Shown one piece after another: positions 27,252 to 37,300 of a stretch of DNA of 60,305 nucleotides. Position numbers and translations under genes: made by a program. The stretch comes from a virus. Lineage: Duplodnaviria > Caudoviricetes. Location: positions 1-60,305 of IMG/VR virus record IMGVR_UViG_3300044825_003095. One strand, given 5' to 3'. The stretch's first letter is position 1; every line of letters begins with the position of its first letter. Below the pieces are notes generated by a model. That model searched no databases and was not told the DNA's origin. It was given only the letters and a program-made list of their open reading frames with translations.

Positions 27252-28139
27252 ATGCCCGTCGCACCCAGCACCCGCAACAAGATCCCGCAGCCGCTCCGCG
27301 GCTCGGGTCCGATCCCGTTCCCCGCGCTGATGTCGTTCGATCCCCGCTACGTCGGCCTGTGGGAGCGGTTCGACCGTCTCGCCGGACTCAAGACGGTGTG
27401 GGACTACAACGCGACCGAGGACAACACCGAGGTCGAGGTCACGAACACGCTGACGCTGGACTGGCAGCTCGCCGGCACCGGCACGCCGACGTGCACGCGG
27501 TCCACGGCCGGCGGCGTCATCCTAACCACGACCAACTCGTCCGGCGACGATGCGTACCTCATCCCCAACGCGGCCAGCGGCGCGGCGACCAACGCCACGC
27601 AGTTCAACCAGCTCGTGTGGGACTTCGACCTCCAGAACGTGTTCTTCTGCGAGTTCGTCACCGGCGCCAGCGTCACGTCGATCAGCATGTTCGTCGGCTT
27701 CAAGGTCGACAACGACTGGGGCGTCGACGACGCCGACCTGTTCGGGCTGTCGCTGGTGTCGGCGAGCGACACGTCGTTCGCGATCGCGGCCCGGCGCAAC
27801 AGCACGGACCTCTTCGACAGCAACAGCTACGGCGGCAGCGCGCAGACCCGCGTGTACGACACCGGCGTCGTGGCGGCGGTGAGCACGCGGTACATGGTCG
27901 CCGGCTTCGTCGACGCCCAGGGCTACATCACGTTCTTCCTCACCGGCGCCAACAGGGATCTGCCGTACGTCACGACCATCGACTCGCCCGGCATCCTCTC
28001 GGCGACGGCCGGCTCCTCGACCGGCGGGCTTCGCGGCGGCACGTCGAGCGTCCATCCGTTCATCGGCATCGAGACGAACTCGGCCAACGCGCGGACGATG
28101 CGCGTCCTCCAGGCCGGCTTCTGGCAGATGTACGAGTAA
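27252..28139 (+). CDS. Beta-rich virion structural protein (lectin-like or decoration)
   Basis: Thr/Gly/Ser-rich with biased codons. Confidence 0.65.
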   Translation: MPVAPSTRNKIPQPLRGSGPIPFPALMSFDPRYVGLWERFDRLAGLKTVWDYNATEDNTEVEVTNTLTLDWQLAGTGTPTCTRSTAGGVILTTTNSSGDDAYLIPNAASGAATNATQFNQLVWDFDLQNVFFCEFVTGASVTSISMFVGFKVDNDWGVDDADLFGLSLVSASDTSFAIAARRNSTDLFDSNSYGGSAQTRVYDTGVVAAVSTRYMVAGFVDAQGYITFFLTGANRDLPYVTTIDSPGILSATAGSSTGGLRGGTSSVHPFIGIETNSANARTMRVLQAGFWQMYE

Positions 28140-28175
28140 TCGTCTGGACCGCCCGCACCCACAGGAGATCCAGAC

Positions 28176-28616
28176 ATGCCCACGGACATCCGATACGACC
28201 CCGCAGGCAAGCGGAATTCGGTCACGAACAGGCACGATCCCAAGCTCGCGACGGAGGCCGTGCGCCTCGCGTCGATGGTCGGCGACTGCACCGTGACCAT
28301 CAGCGGAACGACGCTGACGATCCAGTTCTACGACATGAAGGGCCGGCCGTACAAGGGCTTCGTGCGCTTCCTGCTCGAGCAGCATGCGACCGTGCTCGGC
28401 AGCGCGCCGGTCACCAACACCAGCGGCGTGCTTCCGGCCGCGTCGAGCGCGCAGACCAAAGGCATCACGCTGCTGGCGCTGAGCGCCAACGACGCGGTGT
28501 TCTGCCTCACCGACGCCAACGGCCTGTTCGTCGGCACGCTCGGCGGCGCGGTGAGCAGCAACAACGTCATCACCGCCACCCCGTTCACGTCCATCTACAG
28601 CAGCGTGGCCCAGTAG
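28176..28616 (+). CDS. Structural protein
   Basis: SD CAGGAGA; Thr/Ala-rich. Confidence 0.65.
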   Translation: MPTDIRYDPAGKRNSVTNRHDPKLATEAVRLASMVGDCTVTISGTTLTIQFYDMKGRPYKGFVRFLLEQHATVLGSAPVTNTSGVLPAASSAQTKGITLLALSANDAVFCLTDANGLFVGTLGGAVSSNNVITATPFTSIYSSVAQ

Positions 28617-28619
28617 GCG

Positions 28620-28925
28620 ATGATCTTCGGCCAGATCGACCTCGGCGCCGCGGCGGAGACGGAAGCTGCAAAGTTTCCGTACCGCTGCGACGCCGAGGTC
28701 CACTTTTGCAACCGCAACGGCGCGACCGCCACGGTGCGACTCAGGGTGGTCCCGGCCGACGGCGCCGTCGGGAACGAGCAGTATCTCTGGTACGGGTTCA
28801 CGATCGCGGCGGGCCGGACCTCGACGTGGGCGACGGCCCGCTACGAGAAGTCCGAGCGGGTCATGGTCTACTCGGACCTCGCCAACGTGAGCGTCAGCGT
28901 GTTCGGCAAGCAGGTGTCGCAGTGA
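28620..28925 (+). CDS. Small structural protein
   Basis: FCNRN...VRLRVVP...YLWY...VSVFG, a common virion motif. Confidence 0.65.
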   Translation: MIFGQIDLGAAAETEAAKFPYRCDAEVHFCNRNGATATVRLRVVPADGAVGNEQYLWYGFTIAAGRTSTWATARYEKSERVMVYSDLANVSVSVFGKQVSQ

Positions 28926-29506
28926 GCTACGCCACGGAGATCAACACCGCGTCGGGCGATCCGCGCGCGCATCGCGACAACTTCGCGGCGCTGGTGACGC
29001 TGCTGGGGACCACGCCGCCGCTGGCGCACGCATCGACGCACGCGCCGACCGGGACGGACCCGCTGAACGTCCCGCTCATCGCGTACAAGTCGAGCGACCA
29101 GACGGCCATCGGGACGTCGTTCGCCGACGTGAGCGGCACCGGCCTCGCGGTGGAGGCGTCGAAGTCCTACCGCTTCGAGTTCTGGCTGCTCATGGACAGC
29201 GACGCCACCACCACCGGAATCGACGTCTCGGTCAACGGCCCGGCGTCCCCGACCGCGATCCACTACGAGGTGACCGCCTGGTCGTCGGCGTCGGCCCAGC
29301 GCGTCGCCGGCGAGAGCGCGTACGACACCGTCACCACCCCGAACGTCAACTCCAACGGCGCGACCACGCGCCTGTTCCGCATCCTCGGCGTCCTCGTCAA
29401 CGGCGCCAACGCCGGGACGCTCGTCGCCCGCGCGAAGCGGGAGGCGGTCGGCAGCGGGCCAAACGCCCGCGCAGGCAGCTTCGGCATCGCGTGGAAGCTC
29501 AACTGA
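28922..29506 (+). CDS. Fiber-like structural protein
   Basis: HASTHAPTGTDPL motif; GTGA-coupled. Confidence 0.65.
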   Translation: MSYATEINTASGDPRAHRDNFAALVTLLGTTPPLAHASTHAPTGTDPLNVPLIAYKSSDQTAIGTSFADVSGTGLAVEASKSYRFEFWLLMDSDATTTGIDVSVNGPASPTAIHYEVTAWSSASAQRVAGESAYDTVTTPNVNSNGATTRLFRILGVLVNGANAGTLVARAKREAVGSGPNARAGSFGIAWKLN

Positions 29507-29518
29507 TAGGATCACGGC

Positions 29519-30796
29519 ATGACGCAGCAGCTCGCCCTCCACGGCTACAAGACGAACACCGCGGCGGTCATCTACGTCACGCTGCCGCATCCAACGGACG
29601 CCGACCTGTTCGTCACGAACCCGACGCTCGCCGCCGGCGACGCGAAGGTGTCGATCGACGGCGCGGCCTTCGCGAACCTCGGCACGCTCCCGGCCGTCAC
29701 GCCCGCCGGCGGCGTCGGTGTGAAGATCGTGCTGTCGGCGGCGGAGATGAACGGCACCAACATCCTGATCTGCCTCAAGGACCAGACGGCGCCGGAGGAG
29801 TGGAGCGCCGTCACGATCCTGATCGCGTGCACGACCGTCTCGTTCGACGACCTCGTGCGCAGCACCACGCCAGCCAATTCGCTCACGGTCGACGCGAGCG
29901 GTCGCGTGGACGTCGGCAAGTGGCTCGGCACCGCCGTCACGACCGACGCGACGACCTCGCTGCCCGACGTCCACGTGGACGCGATCGGCAGCAGCACGGC
30001 CAAGGCGACCTCGCTCGGGACGGCGATCGACACGAGCAACAACGTCGTCAAGGCGGACGTGACCTACGTCTCGGGCGACAGCGCCGCCGCCGACAACCTC
30101 GAGGCCGCGCACGACGGGACCGGCTACGTCGGCGGCTCGATTCTCCAGAAGGTCGATGTTCGCCAGTGGGTCGGCACGACGACGACACTGGACGCAACCA
30201 GCAGCCTGCCCGACGTGAACGTGAAGTCGCTGGCCACGAGCACCGCGAAGGCGACGGCGCTGGCGGCGGCCGTGGACAGCGGCAACAACCGGATCGACGC
30301 CGACATCGAGGCGATCTCCGGCAGCACCGCCGCGGTCGCCAACATGCAGGACGACTACGACGGCACCGGCTACGCGGGCGGGACGATCCCCCGCAACGTG
30401 GACGTCCAGAAGATCAGCGGGGACGCCACCGCGGCGGACAACCTCGAGAGCTACTGCGACGGGACCACGCCCGCCCCGGTCAACGTCACGCAGATCAGCG
30501 GCGACGCGACGGCCGCCGACAACGCAGAGAGCGCCTTCGACGGCACCGGCTGGGCGTTCACCGCGTGCGTCATGCCGGTCACCACCTCGATCACCAACAG
30601 CGTCGTGCTCAACCTCACGTCCGCGATCGACGAGACGCCCGTCAGCAACTCGATCGGCGACTACATCTACAAGGCGGGCGCGTACGTCCGGAACCGCGTC
30701 GAGGTGAGCGGCGGCGTGCAGACCGTGTACGCCAGCGACTCCGTCACGCCCGTCAGCCAGCGCACGCAGAGCGCAACCGCGCTCGTGCCGGTGTAG
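29519..30796 (+). CDS. Repeat-containing fiber/structural protein
   Basis: Four SG(D/S)xxAxxNxxxxxDGT repeats and two DATxSLPDV...STAKATxL repeats. Confidence 0.7.
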   Translation: MTQQLALHGYKTNTAAVIYVTLPHPTDADLFVTNPTLAAGDAKVSIDGAAFANLGTLPAVTPAGGVGVKIVLSAAEMNGTNILICLKDQTAPEEWSAVTILIACTTVSFDDLVRSTTPANSLTVDASGRVDVGKWLGTAVTTDATTSLPDVHVDAIGSSTAKATSLGTAIDTSNNVVKADVTYVSGDSAAADNLEAAHDGTGYVGGSILQKVDVRQWVGTTTTLDATSSLPDVNVKSLATSTAKATALAAAVDSGNNRIDADIEAISGSTAAVANMQDDYDGTGYAGGTIPRNVDVQKISGDATAADNLESYCDGTTPAPVNVTQISGDATAADNAESAFDGTGWAFTACVMPVTTSITNSVVLNLTSAIDETPVSNSIGDYIYKAGAYVRNRVEVSGGVQTVYASDSVTPVSQRTQSATALVPV

Positions 30797-30799
30797 TCG

Positions 30800-33700
30800 T
30801 CACGCCTCGGCGCCGATCTCCCGCCGCCTCGCCGTCTCCTCGCGGAAGCGTGGCCGGAAGCTGCGCGGCACCATGTCCACGTACCCGAGCTCCCACAGGC
30901 GCCGGTAGTGGTCCACCATCTCGCCCGCGAGCCGCGTGGCGTCCTCGGTGTCGCCTCGCCGCCGCGCCGACTTGATGCGCGACCGCAGCGAGTCGCCCGC
31001 CTCGACGGCGTTGAACTCGAACTGCCGCGACACGTCCTCGGGCGTGGTGATGTGCAGGCGCGAGCCGCCGAGCGCGATGCGGGCGATCTCCGCCGGCCAG
31101 TCGTTGATGCCTCGGTTCACGCGGTCGGCGATCGACGCGCCGCGGCGCCACGGCCCGAGCTGGTTGAGCAGGTAGTCGGCCCACGGGATCCCGCCGGGCA
31201 CGTCGTTGCCGAGCGGCCGTCCCGAGTAGATCTCCCGCTGCGTCGCGATCTCGGGCAGCGCCTTGAGCAGCGGGTTGGCGCTCGACGTGACGTACTTGAG
31301 GAACTCGAAGAAGCCGTCGCCGCCCATCGTCGCCACGCCCGCCTCGAAGAGTTCCTGCGCAGGCGTGAGCGTCTTGAGCAGCGCGAACCGCATCGACGGA
31401 TGCGCCCCGATCTGCACGCCGACGTTGTCCCGCAGCCACGTGGGCTGGAGCTCCAGCGGCAGCTCGTCCTCGGACTGGATGGCCTCGTCGATCGCGTGCC
31501 GCAGCTTCGGGAACGCGGCGCCGTACGAGGGATTGTCCAGGAAGTGCCGAACCTGGAGGCTCATGTTCCCCTTCATCCATCGGTAGAAGGGCCACACGAG
31601 CGTTCCCCACTTCTGCTCGGCGTAGGAGAAGTCGGAGAAGTCCACGTGCGCCCGGCGCGCCATGTCGACGGCGTGGTCGAGCGAGTTGCCCTGCTCGATC
31701 AGGTCGAGCGCCGTCATCACGCGCCACAGGTCGTCGGTACTCGCGTTGAACTGGAACCAGCCGCCGTAGAACTTGCCGAGCCGGCTCCCCTGCATCAGCT
31801 TGCCGAGCAGGCCGCTCGAGTCGGCGCCGGTGCGCAGGATGTTGGGGATCTCCATCATCGAACGCCCGGCGCTGGCCACGCCGCCGAGCACAAGCAGCTC
31901 CTTGAGGTCGCGCCCGGAGATCATCGTGCCCTTGAGGTCGAACATCCGGCGGTCGATCCTCGTCCCGCCACGCTTCACGTCGTTCACGATCGACATGGCC
32001 AGCGGCGCCAGCGCGGGCCAGCGGCTCGGGCGGGAGCCGCCGATGAGCCAGCTCATCAGGCCGCCGGAGATCATGTTGCTCGTCCACCACGCGGGCGACG
32101 CGAACAACTGCGCCGCCTTCCACCAGTTCTGGACGACCTGGATGCCGCGGAACATCCCCGTGAGGTCGGCGTCGCTCGATAGCTTGCGCGCCATGTCCTC
32201 CACGTCGTCGGCGAGCGCGACCGGCCAGTAGTAGTGGTCGATCACGTCCTCGGAGATCGGGAACCTGAGCCGCATCTTCGAGATCAGTTCCCGCTTCACC
32301 GGGCGGTACTCGAGGCCGTCGATCACGACGGTCCCCTTGCTCGCGCCGCGCTGCATGGCCGCGACCTCGTCCCGCGTCCGCAGCTTCACGTACGGCGCGA
32401 TCTCCTCGGCGAAGCGCGCGCTGGCGCGGGCCTCGAGGTGCTGGCCCATGCGGCGGGCGAAGTTCGTCAGGATGTCCTCCTCGAACACCGTCTCGGCGAG
32501 GATCGACGCGCCGGACTTGAGGAAGTCGTCCCGCATGTAGTTGAGCATCTGCGGCGACGTCGGGAACTCCTCCGGCATCCACGGCGCGACCGATGCGTCG
32601 CCGCCGGGCAGGCCGAGCAGGTGTCGGTCGCCTGCGGTCATCAGGTCGTTGCCGGCGTTGCGCTGCCGCCGCAGGAAGTCCCGGCGCCAGCGCTCGAACG
32701 CCCACGAGTCGTCGTTGACGTTGTGCGCGTTGAGCTCGCCCGACCAGACCCAGTGGTCGCGGTCCACGTGCGCCCTCGCGAGGAGCTCCTGGATGGCCGG
32801 GGACAGGGCGCCCTTGTCGGCCCGCGTCGCCAGCTTGAGGATCAGCTCCTCGTTCTCCGGTCCCCACAGGATGCGGTTGGTGGCGCGCCGCAGTCCGAAG
32901 CGCGGGTTCGTCGAGAGCCGCCCGGTGGCGCCGGCGGGAACGGCCTCGCCGAGTCGCCGCAGCGAATCGACGTGGCTGGCGCGTGCGCCCTCGGTGAAGC
33001 CGATGGGGATGTACGCCAGCCGCGGCAGGTCGTCGGGCAGCAGCCCGAGCCCCGTCTCGATCTGCTGCCAGTCGTTGAACGTGCGCCAGATGTGCTGCGC
33101 AACCTGCTCGAAGCCGGGATCGCTCCGCAGCTTCGCGAAGGCGTCGGAGTTCTCGGCGGCGATGCGGTGCAGGATGTCGTCGCGCAGCGGTCCGACCACC
33201 CCGCGCTCGTCCTGCGCCACGGCGATCTCGAACACGCGGTGCGTCAGCGCCTGCTTGAGCGACTTCGGCTCGACGCCCGTCTCCTTGATCGAGGCGACGA
33301 CCATCTTGTTGATGTGGTTGACGGCCCTCGCCTTCGCGATGCGCGCCTGGTCCTCCGACTCGAAGCCGTAGCGGCGGGCGAGTTGCTTCATGCGCCGGTC
33401 GCTGTTGAGGTTGAACGCCGTGCGGGATCGCCGCATCGTCTCGTTGAGCGACTGGAGCCAGCGGAACGGCCGCTTCTCCTCGATCGCGCGGATCTCGTCG
33501 TCGATCGGCTTGAGGAGCGCCGCCGCGGTCGCGGCCGATTCCTCGGCGGCGGCGCGGCCCTTCGCCACCGTCTCCGCCAGGTGGGCGACCGACTCGGCCT
33601 CGGCGCCGGCGAAGCTCGCCTGGTCGGCGATGCCCTCGGAGATGCGCGTCATGTACGCGAGGTTCTCCCGACTTCGCCGCGTCATGTCCCACGGCAGCAT

Positions 33701-36700
33701 CGAGCCCGGCTGCGACGCCTTGTACTCGAACCGGAGCCCCGACGCGGCGGCGATCCGCTTTCGCGCCCAGCGGCTCGTGCCGACGACGAAGTGCCGGTCG
33801 CCCTCCATGTGGCCGACCGAGCGGCCGAACGTGCCGGCGGCGAGGCCGTCCCTCGTGCGGGGCGCCTGCACCCGCGCCGGCTGGATCACGACGTAGTCCG
33901 ATGGCGTCAGCAGTTGGGGGACGAGCTCGGCCTCGCTCGGGTTCACGCCTGCGGCGCGGAGGTCGTTGGCCGACACGAGGTCGCCGCCGTGCAGGTAGAC
34001 GCGGCGGTCGCCGGCCGGGCTCGCCCGCCGCACCGCCGCCTCGAGCGTCGGGCTGAACCCGAACACCTGCCGCTCGATGTCCCCGATCAGCGACCTTCCC
34101 TGCCGCCGCGCCTGCCTGGCGTTGATTCCGAGCTGGCGACGCAGGTAGTCCACCGCCGACTGCTGTCGCGCCAGGCCCTCGGTGTCCTTCGCCGGGATGC
34201 GGCGGCCGGCCTCGTACAGCGCCCGGTCCACGTCGTTCGTGAACTGGAGGTCCATCGATGTGCTGCGCCCCTTGTTGGAGACGCGACGGTCGCGGGCCTT
34301 GGGAAGGTCGATCGATCCGAACAGCGGCGGCTCGGGCCGCAGCGCCGCCGACCGGCCCTCCGGAACCCGGATCGTGTGCCGGACGACGCTGCCCATGTCC
34401 TCGCCGGCCCGGCGGATGCCGGTGCTCGTCAGGGACATCGAGCCGCCGACCAGCGACACCGGGTCGCCGTGGACGCGGACGAACCCGGCAAGCTGCCCGC
34501 CAGCCGGGTCGATGCCCCCGGCCCGGTGAAGCTCCTGCCATGTGTCGCCGACCGATGCGATCAGGCGCCGGAGCACGGCGTCGATCGCCGGGGTTCCGGT
34601 TTCCGGGTCGGTCCCGGAGGCCACGGCCCGCCCGACCCATGCCCCGATGCCCTCGGCCAGCCGGTCGGTGTTGCCGACGGGGATGCGCAGGGTCGCGCCG
34701 ATCTGGTGGATGCGGCGCCGATGGGAGCCCATCGTCTGCCGGACCAGCTCCGTTGCGACCGTCTCGGCGAACCCCTCGTAGGTCGGCGCCGTCGAAGCCG
34801 CCCCCATGGCGCGTGCCGCCTGGTCAAGCAGGACGCCGCCTGGGGCGTTCGCCCGATCGAACCACTCGTCCGGCCTTCCGCCGGTGAACGTGCCCCAGCC
34901 GGCAGCGACGGCCCTGAGCAGTGGCGTCTGAGAGGCGTCCCGCCCGGACATGGCCCGGCGCTCGTTGACCCGAGGCGGGACAACCTGCCGGTCCGACGAC
35001 GTTACGTACGACGGGATCGGCTCCAGCGGGAGCTCGACGGCGGTGGACAGGCTGTTGCCGGCCTTCCAGTCGTCGATGGCCTGCCGATGGACGGCGCGGA
35101 TCTGGTTGGCCACGTCCCTCGGGGTGCCCTTCGGGATGGACAGCACGGGTCGCGGGGTGACCGTCGTCGGCAGCGAACCCTCGAACGACCGGAGCTGGTC
35201 GATGGCGTCGGCCGCCCGCCCGGCGGCGACCCGCATGGACAGCGCCTCCGCCTCCCTGGCGTCGGCCACGGCCTCGCCCGCGAACCTGCCGCCCGCGGCC
35301 AGCCGCGCGGCGAGGCGCTGGTTCTCGATGTCGAGCAGGCGCTGGGCGAAGGCGTTCGCGTCCGCGATCTTCGACCGCTGCATCTCCAGGTCGCGATACC
35401 GCTGCGGACCGTGCCGGCCGAACAGCCGCTCGGCTCCCTTGCGCACGGCGGCGTACGGCCCGACCGCCGCCAGCGCCGCGTCGCCTTCCTTGAACGAGGC
35501 GTGCATCGAGTCGAGCGAGTCCTCGATGGCCAGCTTCGGCGCCGTCGCCACGTCCGCCAGTTGCTCCTCGGCGCGGGAGCGGGCCACGTGCGCGGCGCGG
35601 AGCTCGTCCTGCGCCTTCTGCACGATCGAGTCCGGCGCCACCGCCGCCGAGATGTCCACCTGGAACCGGGCCTCGTCGAACGCCTCGGCGGCGGCCTGCT
35701 CCCTCGCCTTGAGCGACCGGACCTTCTCCGTCAGCGACACGCGCTTCGACTCGCGGCGCACGTGGTCCACGCGGTCGAGCTCCCGCTGGACCGCCGCCCA
35801 GTGATGCACGGGGAGGTTCGGCCGGTTGAGCTTCCAGCCCTCGCGCACGAGCGACTCGACGCGGTGCGGATCGTCGATCGCCCGCAGCGGGACATGGATC
35901 ATGCCCGAGGCGTCGGTCACCGCGGCGGACCGCATGGCCTCGTCCATCGTCGGGACCGCGCTCGCCGGAATGGACAGCCGCCCGCCGCGAGACAGCGTCC
36001 GGCTCGCGTCGCGGAGCTCCTTCACCGCCTTCGCGTACTGCGCGTCGCGGGCGCCCACCAGCTCCGCCTCGCTGCCCCGCAGGAAGCGATGCAGGCGCCC
36101 CGGCTCGCCGAAGCCGCCGAACGGGAGGTTGCCGGAGCGGTAGCCCGGCAGCCGGTCCACGACCAGCGACGAGAACGGGAGCATCGCCTGGTGGGACGAC
36201 CGCGCCGCGTACTCGCGTGCGAAGTCGCGGGCGACCTGGCCACGGAACCGCTCGACGGGGCCGATGGTCGGGTCGGTCGTCAGCAGGTCGACGATCTCGC
36301 GGTCCATCGTCGCCTTGAGGCGGCGGCGGGCGAGGTTCAGGTCGTCGGTGACCTGCGCCACCTCCTCGGGCGACAGCGCCGAGTTGCGCAGCTTGTCGAT
36401 GCCGGACGCGATCGCCTCCCGGTACGTGCCGAGGTCCGCCGCCGTCCCCTTCACGACGTGCATCTCGTCGCCGATCTTGATCGACGTCTCGAACAGGTGG
36501 TTGAGCCGCGAGAGCTGCGGGTCGACCGGAAGCGCCCCGGTCTGCTGCACGTGGCGCACGATCTGCGACACCATCCGCGCGCCGCCCTTGTTGAACACGG
36601 CGCGCGAGCCGTCGCTGCCGATCTTGGTCACGACGTTGCCGCCGCCGGAGAGGTACGTCGTCGGATCGAGCAGCACGTCGCCGGCGAACCCGAGCACGGC

Positions 36701-37291
36701 GCGCGTCACGTTGTTCTCGACGCCCAGCCGCTCGAGCACGTCCGACGAGTAGACCTGCGGCGCACCGAACGTCCCCTGCCTCGCGCGGGCGACGATCCTC
36801 CGCCGGTCGGACTCGCTCGTCAGCAGCGGCCGGGCCGCCGCGCCTGCACCATACATCGCCGCCGCGCCGCCTCCGGCCCACGCCGCCCCCTCGAGCGCGC
36901 CCGCGATCGTTCCGGCTGGACCCAGCGCCGTGCCCGCGATGCCGCCGAACAGCGCGCCCCACGCGGCGGCGCTTCCGAGCCCGCCCGCGATCGTCGGCGC
37001 ATCGGGCTCGCCGAAAGCGATGTTCGCCATCGCGTTCCGCGGCAGGTCGAGGATGTCGAGGAACCGCTCCGTCGGCGTGCGAAGGTCGTGCACCGACGGC
37101 GCGCGCATGCCGCTGGCGACGGCCTGCTCGTCCATCTGGTTGATCTCGGACGACGTCAGCCGGTCGCGGTCGCGGCGCTGCAAGTAGACCTGTGGCACAG
37201 GGTTGGCGGCGCGGTTGAGGGCGATCAACCCGTCGACATATGCGGCGCGCGGATTGTGGACCTCCGGCGCTCCGGCGGCGAACTGCGTCAT
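30800..37291 (-). CDS. Giant internal virion/ejection protein (2163 aa)
   Basis: DVLLDPTTYL near N-terminus; C-terminal HVDFSDFS...PFYRW...P.WLR...NPLLKALPE..T.R.IYSG.P, as in large podoviral ejection proteins. Confidence 0.75.
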   Translation of the reverse strand: MTQFAAGAPEVHNPRAAYVDGLIALNRAANPVPQVYLQRRDRDRLTSSEINQMDEQAVASGMRAPSVHDLRTPTERFLDILDLPRNAMANIAFGEPDAPTIAGGLGSAAAWGALFGGIAGTALGPAGTIAGALEGAAWAGGGAAAMYGAGAAARPLLTSESDRRRIVARARQGTFGAPQVYSSDVLERLGVENNVTRAVLGFAGDVLLDPTTYLSGGGNVVTKIGSDGSRAVFNKGGARMVSQIVRHVQQTGALPVDPQLSRLNHLFETSIKIGDEMHVVKGTAADLGTYREAIASGIDKLRNSALSPEEVAQVTDDLNLARRRLKATMDREIVDLLTTDPTIGPVERFRGQVARDFAREYAARSSHQAMLPFSSLVVDRLPGYRSGNLPFGGFGEPGRLHRFLRGSEAELVGARDAQYAKAVKELRDASRTLSRGGRLSIPASAVPTMDEAMRSAAVTDASGMIHVPLRAIDDPHRVESLVREGWKLNRPNLPVHHWAAVQRELDRVDHVRRESKRVSLTEKVRSLKAREQAAAEAFDEARFQVDISAAVAPDSIVQKAQDELRAAHVARSRAEEQLADVATAPKLAIEDSLDSMHASFKEGDAALAAVGPYAAVRKGAERLFGRHGPQRYRDLEMQRSKIADANAFAQRLLDIENQRLAARLAAGGRFAGEAVADAREAEALSMRVAAGRAADAIDQLRSFEGSLPTTVTPRPVLSIPKGTPRDVANQIRAVHRQAIDDWKAGNSLSTAVELPLEPIPSYVTSSDRQVVPPRVNERRAMSGRDASQTPLLRAVAAGWGTFTGGRPDEWFDRANAPGGVLLDQAARAMGAASTAPTYEGFAETVATELVRQTMGSHRRRIHQIGATLRIPVGNTDRLAEGIGAWVGRAVASGTDPETGTPAIDAVLRRLIASVGDTWQELHRAGGIDPAGGQLAGFVRVHGDPVSLVGGSMSLTSTGIRRAGEDMGSVVRHTIRVPEGRSAALRPEPPLFGSIDLPKARDRRVSNKGRSTSMDLQFTNDVDRALYEAGRRIPAKDTEGLARQQSAVDYLRRQLGINARQARRQGRSLIGDIERQVFGFSPTLEAAVRRASPAGDRRVYLHGGDLVSANDLRAAGVNPSEAELVPQLLTPSDYVVIQPARVQAPRTRDGLAAGTFGRSVGHMEGDRHFVVGTSRWARKRIAAASGLRFEYKASQPGSMLPWDMTRRSRENLAYMTRISEGIADQASFAGAEAESVAHLAETVAKGRAAAEESAATAAALLKPIDDEIRAIEEKRPFRWLQSLNETMRRSRTAFNLNSDRRMKQLARRYGFESEDQARIAKARAVNHINKMVVASIKETGVEPKSLKQALTHRVFEIAVAQDERGVVGPLRDDILHRIAAENSDAFAKLRSDPGFEQVAQHIWRTFNDWQQIETGLGLLPDDLPRLAYIPIGFTEGARASHVDSLRRLGEAVPAGATGRLSTNPRFGLRRATNRILWGPENEELILKLATRADKGALSPAIQELLARAHVDRDHWVWSGELNAHNVNDDSWAFERWRRDFLRRQRNAGNDLMTAGDRHLLGLPGGDASVAPWMPEEFPTSPQMLNYMRDDFLKSGASILAETVFEEDILTNFARRMGQHLEARASARFAEEIAPYVKLRTRDEVAAMQRGASKGTVVIDGLEYRPVKRELISKMRLRFPISEDVIDHYYWPVALADDVEDMARKLSSDADLTGMFRGIQVVQNWWKAAQLFASPAWWTSNMISGGLMSWLIGGSRPSRWPALAPLAMSIVNDVKRGGTRIDRRMFDLKGTMISGRDLKELLVLGGVASAGRSMMEIPNILRTGADSSGLLGKLMQGSRLGKFYGGWFQFNASTDDLWRVMTALDLIEQGNSLDHAVDMARRAHVDFSDFSYAEQKWGTLVWPFYRWMKGNMSLQVRHFLDNPSYGAAFPKLRHAIDEAIQSEDELPLELQPTWLRDNVGVQIGAHPSMRFALLKTLTPAQELFEAGVATMGGDGFFEFLKYVTSSANPLLKALPEIATQREIYSGRPLGNDVPGGIPWADYLLNQLGPWRRGASIADRVNRGINDWPAEIARIALGGSRLHITTPEDVSRQFEFNAVEAGDSLRSRIKSARRRGDTEDATRLAGEMVDHYRRLWELGYVDMVPRSFRPRFREETARRREIGAEA

Positions 37292-37300
37292 GCCATGACC